A stretch of 53,617 nucleotides of DNA from an uncultured Muribaculaceae bacterium (lineage in GTDB: Bacteria > Bacillota_I > Bacilli_A > RF39 > UBA660): assembly GCA_964545885.1 (NCBI GenBank), contig CAZJHG010000005.1, forward strand, positions 1-53,617, in the 5' to 3' direction. Shown here one piece after another: positions 9,854-19,353 of this stretch; within the stretch, counting starts at the first letter, position 1; each line of letters opens with the position of its first letter. The notes below the pieces were generated by a model. The model saw nothing but the letters and a program-made list of their open reading frames with translations. It searched no databases and had not been told where the DNA came from. The translations under genes and the position numbers were made by a program.

Positions 9854-11455
9854 ATGATTATGAAAAAAATATTATTTATATTAACTATGATTATCTTCCT
9901 TATTAGTGATGTTAAAGCATTTTCTATTGATGTAGATAAAATAGAATTAGATAGTAAAAGCAGTAAACTAATAAATAATTTAGATAAAACTTATAAAATA
10001 GATGTAGATAATTTTAATAATGAAATTATTTATGATAAAGATACTCAAAATTTAGTTAAAGAAGTGGTTAGTATTTCTTTTGGTGATAGTGATTTAGCAA
10101 CTAAAAAGAAAGAACTAGTAAATTATATGTATCTTAGTAATAGTGATGGATTTGAAACATTAAGTGGATCTTTATTTATTGAGATATATTTAAAAAAATT
10201 AGAATCTTATCAAATTAGTGTAGAGTATATAAAAGATATAAAGACTGTATTATTTAAAGAAAGCGATCGAATGGCTTTTGTATATATTGATGATGCTGTA
10301 GTAAATGGAGAAGTCAAAGATATTGTTTTGGCTTATTGGCTTAAGAGTAATGATGGAAGTGATTTTAAGCTTTATTATCCTTGGGTAACTATAGATGATG
10401 ATTTAGAGAGTTATTTTAATGAAAGAACTTTAAAAGAGGATAATGGTGAAATAATTGGTGGCACTTATAATAGTTTGTCTTTAACTGAAGATAGTATAGA
10501 AGTAGATGATTTATTATTACAAGAGTTGTATCAAAATAATAAGGATAGTGTTGTACAGATTACGGGGATGAATAGTAATGGTAGTAATACTTATGGAAGT
10601 GGATTTTATATTAAAGAAGGAATTATTGTTACTACTTGGTCTTTGTTTTTACAATTTTTAACTGATAGTAATTATATCTTTGTAAATGATGTATATGGTA
10701 ATACTTATGAAGTATTGGGAGTAGTAGCAGCTCAAGTAGATTATGATGTTGTAATACTTAAAATAAATCAAGATAGTGGTAAAAAAGTTATTTTTGGTGA
10801 TAGTGAATTATTGAATAGTGGAGATATGCTACTTACTATTAATAGTCAAAATAATGGGACTTTCAGTATAAACTATGGTAATAGTTTAACTAATTTAAAT
10901 GGTAGACTTGAGAATATGTTTGCACTTAGTAGTGGAGATGTTGGTAGTGCATTATTCAATGATAAGGGAGAAGTTATTGGATTTAATGTAGGTGATCAAT
11001 TATATTCAGAATTATCATATGCTAATAGTACTAACTACTTAAGAGAGTTACAATCTATATTAGATAATATTTCTTATGATAATATTAGATATACTATACT
11101 TGAGACATTTAAACAAAGTTATTATTTAGATATAGAAGATGAAGCAATTTCTAATAATGTAGATAATAAAATTTGGAATAAATTTAAAGTACTTGGTGAT
11201 ATTGAAAATAATATTACTTTAGATTTAATTAAAGCTAGCTATGTTGATAATATACTTAGTTTAAGATATAAGAATAATACTAATGGAATGATAGATTCGA
11301 TGTATTTAGTATCTAATTATACTGATGCTTTATTGAATGAAGGTTTTACACTAAAATATCAAGATGATAAAAAAAGTATATATATTAATAAAGAATATAA
11401 GGTTATAATAAAAAATAATTTAAATTATTTAATTATAATTATTGTGGAGATATAA
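9854..11455 (+). CDS. secreted protein with a degenerate HtrA/trypsin-like domain
   Basis: Signal peptide. SVVQI...GSGFYI...IVTTWSL...DVVILKI...GDS...GDVGSALFNDKGEVIGFN follows the S1C fold, but His and Ser are replaced. Confidence 0.65.
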   Translation: MIMKKILFILTMIIFLISDVKAFSIDVDKIELDSKSSKLINNLDKTYKIDVDNFNNEIIYDKDTQNLVKEVVSISFGDSDLATKKKELVNYMYLSNSDGFETLSGSLFIEIYLKKLESYQISVEYIKDIKTVLFKESDRMAFVYIDDAVVNGEVKDIVLAYWLKSNDGSDFKLYYPWVTIDDDLESYFNERTLKEDNGEIIGGTYNSLSLTEDSIEVDDLLLQELYQNNKDSVVQITGMNSNGSNTYGSGFYIKEGIIVTTWSLFLQFLTDSNYIFVNDVYGNTYEVLGVVAAQVDYDVVILKINQDSGKKVIFGDSELLNSGDMLLTINSQNNGTFSINYGNSLTNLNGRLENMFALSSGDVGSALFNDKGEVIGFNVGDQLYSELSYANSTNYLRELQSILDNISYDNIRYTILETFKQSYYLDIEDEAISNNVDNKIWNKFKVLGDIENNITLDLIKASYVDNILSLRYKNNTNGMIDSMYLVSNYTDALLNEGFTLKYQDDKKSIYINKEYKVIIKNNLNYLIIIIVEI

Positions 11456-11457
11456 CT

Positions 11458-11979
11458 ATGAAAAGAAATAAAATTATAATACTTATCTTATGTATTATTT
11501 TATTGGTTATTACTTTTGGAGTTGGTTATTCAATACAAGTATTTACTAAGAATTATGAAAATGATAATTTTATAGTGGAATATGATACTACTTGGAAAGT
11601 TTTAAATAGTGATAATGAATTGAAATTGGAACATAAGAAGAGTAATGCGGTTTTAAGTATTCAGTGTAAAGTATTAGATTATAATTATATTGATACTAAG
11701 TTAAAAGATATAATAAATGATATTATTTATGGAATAGAACAACAAAATACTGAGTATAAGTTAATTAATGTAGAAGATAGTCCTAGTGATATTTATGAGT
11801 CTTATTCTTATTTATATGAAAAAGATAATGAACAAGTTCTTGTTAATGTATATAAAAAAGATACAAAGTTAATAATAGTATATTATGAAGCTGATACCAA
11901 GTATTATGATATTGTTTTAGATAGTGTTGATACTATACTTGATAGTTTAGAGATTATTAGTGGGGAAAAAGTAAATTGA
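11458..11979 (+). CDS. exported hypothetical protein, possibly PsbP/DcrB-like fold
   Basis: N-terminal hydrophobic anchor; F.VEY..TW start and D.ILDSLEI end resemble PsbP-like proteins. Coupled 2 nt after the previous stop. Confidence 0.55.
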   Translation: MKRNKIIILILCIILLVITFGVGYSIQVFTKNYENDNFIVEYDTTWKVLNSDNELKLEHKKSNAVLSIQCKVLDYNYIDTKLKDIINDIIYGIEQQNTEYKLINVEDSPSDIYESYSYLYEKDNEQVLVNVYKKDTKLIIVYYEADTKYYDIVLDSVDTILDSLEIISGEKVN

Positions 11980-11999
11980 CAGTGGTTTACTTTTTTTCT

Positions 12000-12029
12000 T
12001 TGACTTAAATAGAAAAATCTGCATATAAT
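12000..12029 (+). promoter_or_regulatory. sigma-A promoter of glmS
   Basis: TTGACT-N18-TATAAT. Confidence 0.6.
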
Positions 12030-12070
12030 AAATTAAAGCTTATGCTAGAAGGAGTTATGTTTGGGCATAT

Positions 12071-12203
12071 AGCTAGCGCCAGGTCCTGAGGGATGACGAG
12101 GTTAGTAGTTTTCGAAAGATTCGGCGGGTGCTACTACGTAGAAGTGGAAACGTTAGGATTATCTAAAAAATAAAATCAACATTATAACAAATGATAATTC
12201 TCC
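12071..12203 (+). ncRNA. glmS ribozyme (GlcN6P-activated)
   Basis: AGCGCCAG...GACGAGG...TTTTCGAAAGATTCGGCGGGTGC core directly upstream of glmS. Expected cleavage is at A12075/G12076. Confidence 0.9.
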
Positions 12204-12230
12204 ATATTTTTTTATATGGAGGAAATTTTT

Positions 12231-14015
12231 ATGTGTGGAATAGTGGGATATATAGGAAGAGATAAATGTATTCCGAAAATAATGAGTGGTTTGGAATCAC
12301 TTGAATATAGAGGTTATGATAGTGCTGGAATAGCTTTTGTAACTAATAAAGGTGTGGAAATAGCAAAAGAAGAGGGGAAGTTAGAAAATCTAAAAACAGA
12401 AATAGATTATTCTATTAATAGTACGATAGGTATAGGTCATACTAGATGGGCTACTCATGGTAGTCCAAGTGATATTAATAGTCATCCTCATAAGATAGGA
12501 AAAGTTACAGTAGTTCATAATGGTATTATAGAAAATTATAATGAATTAAGAAAGAAACTAGATAATTATCAATATAAAAGTGAAACTGATAGTGAAGTAA
12601 TAGCTGCTTTAATAGATATGCTATATGAAGATAAAAAAGATATGTTGGAAGTACTTAAAGTACTAAAAGACTACTTGATAGGTAGTTATGCTTTAGGAAT
12701 ATTAATAGATGGTGATGATAGAATATATGCTATTAGAAAAGATAGTCCTTTAATAATAGGAGTATCTGCTGATGGTAATTATATAGCTAGTGATGTGCCA
12801 GCTATATTAGAATATACTAATATGTATTATTTATTATTAAATGATGAATTTGCAATACTTGATAAAGAAGATGTTACTATATATGATAATAATGGTAATA
12901 TAGTTAGTAAAAATTTAAATATATTTGAATCAAGTAAAGAATCAGCTATGAAAAATGGATATGATCATTATATGTTGAAAGAAATATATGAACAACCTCA
13001 AGTAATTATGGAAACTATTAGAGAGTATATTTATGATAAGAAAGAGTTCTATAATAAGATGACTGGATTAGAAAAATATACTGGAATAGATATAGTAGGT
13101 TGTGGTAGTGCTTACCATGTTGGATTAGTAGGTAAAAATTTGATACTTAAGTATTCTAATATACCAGTTAATGTTGATGTTGCTTCTGAATATAGATATA
13201 CAGAACATATTTATAGTAAGAAACATTTAATTATATTGATAAGTCAAAGTGGGGAGACTGCTGATACTTTGGCTGTTTTAAGAAAAGCTAAAGAAAGTAA
13301 GATAGATACATTAGCTATTGTTAATGTAGTTGGTTCTTCAATAGCTAGAGAAGCTGATAAAGTAATGTATATTAAAGCTGGTCCTGAAATAGCCGTTGCT
13401 ACTACTAAAGCTTATACTTGTCAGTTAATGATTTTGTCTTTAATAGCAGCTTATTTAGGTATTAAGAAAGGTTTATTAAAAGAAGATGTACTTAATGAAT
13501 ATTATAAAATAGAAGATTTATCTATAAATAGTTTTCAAACTATAAAAAATGTGGAGAAAATAGCTAAGAAGATACATAAAAAACAGCATATTTTTTTCTT
13601 AGGAAGAAAAGTAGACTATGCACTTAGTTTAGAAGCATCTTTAAAATTAAAAGAGATAAGTTATATACATAGCGAGGCTTATGCAGCTGGGGAATTAAAG
13701 CATGGAACTATTAGTTTAATTGAAAAAGGAACACCAGTAATTAGTATTATTACTGATGATGATATTAAATTTAAGACCCTTAGTAATGTTAAAGAAGTAT
13801 GTGCTAGGGGAGCTTTAAGTATTATTATTACAAATGATTCTGAACTTGATGAGGGTATATATGATTATTTGGTAGTTATTCCTAAAGTACATGAATTAAT
13901 TAGTCCTATTCTTGTTATTATTCAGTGTCAATTACTTGCTTATTATGTAGCTAAATATAATGGATGTGATATTGATAAACCAAGAAATTTAGCTAAAAGT
14001 GTTACTGTTGAATAA
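12231..14015 (+). CDS. glmS: glutamine--fructose-6-phosphate aminotransferase
   Basis: True start MCGIVGY at 12231 (GGAGG at 12218-12222). LEYRGYDSAG, GHTRWATHG, SQSGETADT and PRNLAKSVTVE motifs. Confidence 0.97.
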   Translation: MCGIVGYIGRDKCIPKIMSGLESLEYRGYDSAGIAFVTNKGVEIAKEEGKLENLKTEIDYSINSTIGIGHTRWATHGSPSDINSHPHKIGKVTVVHNGIIENYNELRKKLDNYQYKSETDSEVIAALIDMLYEDKKDMLEVLKVLKDYLIGSYALGILIDGDDRIYAIRKDSPLIIGVSADGNYIASDVPAILEYTNMYYLLLNDEFAILDKEDVTIYDNNGNIVSKNLNIFESSKESAMKNGYDHYMLKEIYEQPQVIMETIREYIYDKKEFYNKMTGLEKYTGIDIVGCGSAYHVGLVGKNLILKYSNIPVNVDVASEYRYTEHIYSKKHLIILISQSGETADTLAVLRKAKESKIDTLAIVNVVGSSIAREADKVMYIKAGPEIAVATTKAYTCQLMILSLIAAYLGIKKGLLKEDVLNEYYKIEDLSINSFQTIKNVEKIAKKIHKKQHIFFLGRKVDYALSLEASLKLKEISYIHSEAYAAGELKHGTISLIEKGTPVISIITDDDIKFKTLSNVKEVCARGALSIIITNDSELDEGIYDYLVVIPKVHELISPILVIIQCQLLAYYVAKYNGCDIDKPRNLAKSVTVE

Positions 14016-14128
14016 AAAAGAAGATAAAGTGATTAAATAAAATGTAACCTATAAGGTGGACTTCTGAAAAAAGAAGATTAAACCTTATAGGTTTTTTTAT
14101 ATGTCTTAATGTTATAATTAAAGAAAGA

Positions 14129-14575
14129 ATGATTTATATGTCTAAAACAAATTTAACAGATAAACAAGTAAAAGAACTTAGTAAAAACCCATACATTAAA
14201 TTAGTAAACAATCATTATATTTCTTATACTGAGGATTTTTTAAAGAAATTAGTATATGAAATGACAGAAAATAATAAAACTTCTAAACAAGTATTTAATG
14301 AATGTGGTATTGATACTAATGTTGTTGGTGAACGCAGAGCTGCTAATCTAGTTTATAAATGGAAAAAAAGATATAGAGAAACCGGAGAAATAAAAGATGC
14401 ACGTCCTGGCAATTCTGGTGCTACATTAAAAAGAGAACTTAGTGATAAAGAAAAATTAGAAAGAGCTGAAGCAAAAATTAAATTACTTGAAGCTGAAAAT
14501 GAATTATTAAAAAAAAACGAAATGATAGAACTGGGACTTTTAAAAGATATCAAATCAATATCAAGTTTGAAATAA
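14129..14575 (+). CDS. IS3 transposase OrfA (HTH)
   Basis: HTH plus leucine-zipper-like ELSDKEKLERAEAKIKLLEAENELLKK. A9C run at 14509-14518 is the expected -1 frameshift site. Confidence 0.8.
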   Translation: MIYMSKTNLTDKQVKELSKNPYIKLVNNHYISYTEDFLKKLVYEMTENNKTSKQVFNECGIDTNVVGERRAANLVYKWKKRYRETGEIKDARPGNSGATLKRELSDKEKLERAEAKIKLLEAENELLKKNEMIELGLLKDIKSISSLK

Positions 14576-15461
14576 TTAAATACATAGTTGATAAATATCA
14601 ATTAAAAGGTATGATTTCTTATTTATGTAAATGTATAGGTGTTTCTAAATCTGGTTATTATAATTATTTTCATCATGATGAAAATAGAAAAAATAAGGAA
14701 GATAAAGATGTAAAAGATTTCGAATTAATATTAAAAGCATATAAATTCAAAAAACGTAAAAAGGTGCTAGACAAATTAAAATGGTATTAGAAAATGAATT
14801 TAATACAAATTTTAATTTAAAGAAAATAAGGCGATTAATGAAAAAATATGGATTAAAATGTCCAATAAGACAAGCGAATCCATATAGAAGAATGATGAAA
14901 GCAACTAAAGAAGATACGGTATGTGAAAATTTAATCAACAGAAATTTTAAAACTGGAATTCCATATAATGTTTTACTTACAGATATAACATATTTGTTTT
15001 ATGGAGACAATCAAAAATGTTATCTTTCCACAATTAAAGATGCAGAGACAAATGAAATACTTGCTTATCATTTAAGCGAAAATATGCAGTTAGATATTTC
15101 CTTAGAAACTATTAAAAAATTACATCGAAAAAGAAATATTATTTTATCTGAAAATGTAATAGTACACTCCGATCAAGGGGTACATTATACAAGCCCTAAA
15201 TTTCAAGCATTATTAAAGAAATATAATATAGGGCAATCAATGTCCAGAAGAGGAAATTGTTGGGATAACGCACCACAAGAATCATATTTTGGACATATGA
15301 AAGACGAATTAAATCTAGATACTTGTTTTAACTTTTCTGATGTGTGTAAAGAAATTAAAGATTATATAGAATATTACAATAATTATAGATATCAATGGAA
15401 TCTACAAAAAATGACTCCTGTAAAATACAGGAATCATCTGTTGTCATTACTGACTGTTTAA
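14515..15461 (+). pseudogene. IS3 transposase OrfB (DDE) with an apparent 1-bp deletion near 14758-14762
   Basis: The -1 frame reads ...GVSKSGYYNY...AYKFKKRK and stops at KWY*. The expected continuation KGARQIKMVLE...TDITY...HSDQG...RGNCWDNAPQES lies one frame over. Confidence 0.75.
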
Positions 15462-15519
15462 TCATCTTTTTATTTAGTCCTTGACAAAGGGTTCATTTTA
15501 TAAATTCATTTTATCTTCT

Positions 15520-16608
15520 TTATTTATTTCTTAAAATTAAGGCCATATCATGAGACATGTCGGTACTTTGGCCATATTGAATATGGTTTGTAGGAATTTT
15601 TTCTAGTGAATCTTGTTGAAATACTTCTTCTAGATAGTGGTATGCGAGATTTTGAGTAGTAAGTCCTGGTAAGTAGTAAGACATATAGTCTGGCATACTT
15701 AGAGCTCCTGTACCAACTATTTTACCATTTGACTCTTTATATAGACTTTGGAAGTCTTGATGAGCTTTGTTTGACCATGCATATAGATATGAAACCATTA
15801 TAGTACCATTTTGATTTAGGTGGGGAGATAAAGAGTTAATAATAAAATCGTGGTATTTTTGAGCATTTTGAAGAGTAGTATTATTTCCATAATTTAAGTA
15901 TTCGTAAATGTTTGATAAATTTATTACATCATATTTCTTATCTTGGATGTGAGATGGTAGACTATATAAGTCACTATCTATATAGTTGATTGATACTTCA
16001 TTAATTGTTTTTTTAAGTTTTTCATAGTTTTCAGGTATGAGGTATGGATTAATACTTTTTATAAGGTCTTTATCTAGTCTTTTATAAGTAAATAGTAAAT
16101 CACGAATATATTCACCACTTTTTATATTAGTTAAACCAAACATACTATATAGAGTTCCCCAATATAGAAATTCTTCTTTTGGTAAATAGTCAGCAATTTT
16201 TATAAATAAAAATGGTGAGAATGTTTCGTAGTATTCAGTAAATTCTTCATATGATAAGCTTTGAATAGCAGCAAGTTTTAAATACATAGCATGAAGACAT
16301 AGGCGATTTGAATCGAATACATCAATAGATTTAGCTCCGCTATTGATAGCGTTTATTACTTGATCGCCACTGGCTCCTATTGTTAAAAATGAGTCTGTTA
16401 TAGTAAATTCTTTAAAATATGTGGACATATCTTCAGTAGCAAAAGTATATAAGCTTTCGTATTTATTATTTTTAGTAAATGGAGAGATTCCTTTTAATCC
16501 TTCTAAAGTTTTATAGGGATTATTGTTTAAAATTAGAAGTTCCTGAGTTGCTTTAATATCTTCATTTAATCTTTGCTCTTGTTCTTTGCTTAGTGTTATT
16601 TTTTCCAT
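15520..16608 (-). CDS. DUF3419 / SAM-dependent methyltransferase-like protein
   Basis: FATED...FLTIGASGDQVINAI...IDVFDSN...LKLAAI...YDVINLSNI pattern. Confidence 0.6.
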   Translation of the reverse strand: MEKITLSKEQEQRLNEDIKATQELLILNNNPYKTLEGLKGISPFTKNNKYESLYTFATEDMSTYFKEFTITDSFLTIGASGDQVINAINSGAKSIDVFDSNRLCLHAMYLKLAAIQSLSYEEFTEYYETFSPFLFIKIADYLPKEEFLYWGTLYSMFGLTNIKSGEYIRDLLFTYKRLDKDLIKSINPYLIPENYEKLKKTINEVSINYIDSDLYSLPSHIQDKKYDVINLSNIYEYLNYGNNTTLQNAQKYHDFIINSLSPHLNQNGTIMVSYLYAWSNKAHQDFQSLYKESNGKIVGTGALSMPDYMSYYLPGLTTQNLAYHYLEEVFQQDSLEKIPTNHIQYGQSTDMSHDMALILRNK

Positions 16609-16734
16609 AATAATCTCCTTTTAGTAGTTGATATTATAATTGTTTTTTTTAAATATGCAAATAAAAGTATATGTATAGTTGTTTGACACAAGCTTTAATT
16701 ATAGTTTATAATTAGGACACATGGGTGATTATAT

Positions 16735-17325
16735 ATGAAAATAGAATCGGTAGAGTTAAAGAATATGGCTGTAAGAACTAGCCAGTATCCAGAAGATAGT
16801 AAAAAAGAGTTCTTATTAGTTGGAAAGAGTAATGTAGGTAAAAGTTCTTTTATTAATACATTAATAAATAGAAAAAATTTTGCTAGAACAAGTGCTACTC
16901 CAGGTAAAACACAAACATTAAATTTTTATTTAGTAAATGAAGCATTTTATTTAGTGGATGTTCCTGGATATGGGTATGCATCTGTTAATAAAGATACACA
17001 GCATAAATTTGGTCTTATGATAGAAGAATATTTAATTAATAGAAAGAATTTAGAAAGAGTATTCTTGCTTGTAGATTATAGACATAAACCTAGTGAAGAT
17101 GATTTACTTATGTATAATTTTATGAAATATTATAATCTTGATGTTACGATAGTTGCTACTAAGAGTGATAAGATGAATCAAAAAGAAATTGCTAGAAGTG
17201 AAAAACTATTTAAGGAAGCATTTCCGTTAAAAGATAATGATAATATAGTAGTATTTTCTTCAGTAACTAAGAAAGGTAAAGAAGAAATATATAATATAAT
17301 TAAGAACTATTTGATTTCTAAGTAG
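16735..17325 (+). CDS. engB: ribosome biogenesis GTPase YsxC/EngB
   Basis: GKSNVGKSSFIN, PGKTQTLNFY, VDVPGYGYA and ATKSDK motifs. Confidence 0.95.
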   Translation: MKIESVELKNMAVRTSQYPEDSKKEFLLVGKSNVGKSSFINTLINRKNFARTSATPGKTQTLNFYLVNEAFYLVDVPGYGYASVNKDTQHKFGLMIEEYLINRKNLERVFLLVDYRHKPSEDDLLMYNFMKYYNLDVTIVATKSDKMNQKEIARSEKLFKEAFPLKDNDNIVVFSSVTKKGKEEIYNIIKNYLISK

Positions 17326-17427
17326 TTCTTTTTTTTGTTTGATTTATTATCAGTAATGATATATATTGGTTATGGTATAATATTTATTATACAGAGAATA
17401 ATAAAGAATAGAAGGAGTGGCTAGGTA

Positions 17428-19248
17428 ATGAGAAAATATGCTAAGAAAATAGGCTTTCTATTTAGTATAGTTATGTTTATGATAATTGTTGATACTGGTG
17501 TTGTTTTTGCTAGAGGAGAAGTTGTTGTTGAAAGTATAACACCTGTATATGATGAAAATAGTGGAGTAGTAGTTAATGATAATAACGGAGTTATCTTTAA
17601 TGATAAAAATCAAAGTATAAAGTATAATGTTGTACTTAAAAATGTTGGTCGTGAAGAGCTAAAAGTTGATAGTTTTGAGCTTACTTCACCAACAGAGGAT
17701 TATTTAGTTTTTGATTTAAAAGGAATAAAAAAGAATGATGTATTAAAAAGTGATGAAACTATGGAATTTGTGGTGTCTTTAGAAACAGTTTCAAAAAATG
17801 GTTGGGGTCGTAATTTTAATGATAATTTAAAAGCGGTTGTTAATTTTGAAAGCTATGTTAGTAATCCTAATACATTGGCAGGTACTGGTATTAGCATTGG
17901 AACAATTTTAGTAATAGCTTTTTTAACATTAGGTTTCTTAGTAATTTTAATTAAGAATAGAAAATATAAAATGATTGTACCAATGTTATTATTAGGAATA
18001 TTTTTGGAAATAGTATCTGCTAAAGATTTAATTAAAGTAACAGTAGATTTTAATGTGAAATTTGAATCACAAAATATAATGGAAAAAACATCTTGTGAAT
18101 ATGATTTTGTTAATGGTACTAGTGGTTGTGTTGATTACTGGAAGTATGTAAAAGATATAAAAAATATATTTATTCAAAATGAAATAAATGAATTTGTTGA
18201 TTATGAATATAAGTTTGATGTATCAAAAGATAAAAATGAAAGAGTAATGGCATATTTAGTAAAAAACTCTAATAATAGTTATTATGATTTATATTTACAA
18301 AGTGATGGAATTATTTATGCTAATGAAGATTCTAGTTATTATTTTGTGGATATGATTAGTTTAGATAAAATTGATAATATAAAAGGTCTAGATACTAGTA
18401 ATGTTACTAATATGAAGGGTATGTTTATTAATACGGGAAATAAGAGTGATAAGTTTACTTTAGATTTAAGTAGTTTTAATACTAGTAATGTTACTAATAT
18501 GAGAGTTATGTTTTATCAAACCGGGTATAGTAATAAAGATTTTACTTTGAATATCAGTAATTTTGATACAAGCAAAGTTACTGATATGACTTGGATGTTT
18601 TATGGTACTGGTTATAATAGTAATAATTTTGAATTGGATGTTAGTAAGTTTGATACAAGCAATGTTGTTAGCATGAAGGGAATGTTTTATCAAACAGGTT
18701 ATGAGAGTAAAGTACTTAGTTTAGATTTGAGTAATTTTAATACAAGTAACGTAAATGATATGTCTTATATGTTCTTTAAGACTGGATATAATAGTTTGAA
18801 TTTTAAATTAAATTTAGAAAACTTTGATACAAGTAATGTAACCACTATGGTGTCAATGTTTGAAGCTACAGGATTTAATAGTACTTTATTATCTATTGAT
18901 TTAAGTAGTTTTGATACAAAGAAAGTTACTGATATGTCATGGATGTTTTATCAAACGGGATATAATAGTAAAGAAGTGTCTTTAGATGTGAGTGGACTTG
19001 ATACAAGTAATGTTACTAATATGAAAGGTATGTTTGCACGTTGTGCTTATAGTAGTAATAATTTTATTACAAGTATTACAATAGGAAATCCTAAGTTAAA
19101 TATCTATAATAATATGTTTGCAGATACTGCTTTAAAAGGGAATTCTAAAATAGTAGTTAATTATACTAATGAAACAAGTGAATTAGTTGATAAGTTAATT
19201 AATACTAAATCAGCTAGTTCGAATGTTGTAAAAGGTGATCTTGTTTAA
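17428..19248 (+). CDS. BspA/DUF285-type leucine-rich-repeat surface protein
   Basis: Signal peptide, internal NPNT plus two hydrophobic segments, then eight ~29-aa repeats of the form LDLSxFxTSNVTxMxxMFxxTGY. Confidence 0.85.
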   Translation: MRKYAKKIGFLFSIVMFMIIVDTGVVFARGEVVVESITPVYDENSGVVVNDNNGVIFNDKNQSIKYNVVLKNVGREELKVDSFELTSPTEDYLVFDLKGIKKNDVLKSDETMEFVVSLETVSKNGWGRNFNDNLKAVVNFESYVSNPNTLAGTGISIGTILVIAFLTLGFLVILIKNRKYKMIVPMLLLGIFLEIVSAKDLIKVTVDFNVKFESQNIMEKTSCEYDFVNGTSGCVDYWKYVKDIKNIFIQNEINEFVDYEYKFDVSKDKNERVMAYLVKNSNNSYYDLYLQSDGIIYANEDSSYYFVDMISLDKIDNIKGLDTSNVTNMKGMFINTGNKSDKFTLDLSSFNTSNVTNMRVMFYQTGYSNKDFTLNISNFDTSKVTDMTWMFYGTGYNSNNFELDVSKFDTSNVVSMKGMFYQTGYESKVLSLDLSNFNTSNVNDMSYMFFKTGYNSLNFKLNLENFDTSNVTTMVSMFEATGFNSTLLSIDLSSFDTKKVTDMSWMFYQTGYNSKEVSLDVSGLDTSNVTNMKGMFARCAYSSNNFITSITIGNPKLNIYNNMFADTALKGNSKIVVNYTNETSELVDKLINTKSASSNVVKGDLV

Positions 19249-19353
19249 TTGTTAAAAAGCACTGATGTGCTTTTTTGTTGGGAAGTTTTAATGTAGGTAA
19301 AATAAAAAGTACAAGTTTTATGGATGACTTGTACTTTATTATTTTAAATTTTA

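Larger units (their letters stand above)
14038..15500 (+). mobile_element. IS3-family insertion sequence (IS150-like), probably inactivated
   Basis: Imperfect terminal IRs TAAAATGTAACCTATAAGGTGGACT... and the reverse complement TAAAATGAACCCTTTGTCAAGGACT.... A 4-bp TAAA duplication lies at 14034-14037 and 15501-15504. orfA/orfB organisation with an A9 slippery run. Confidence 0.88.
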
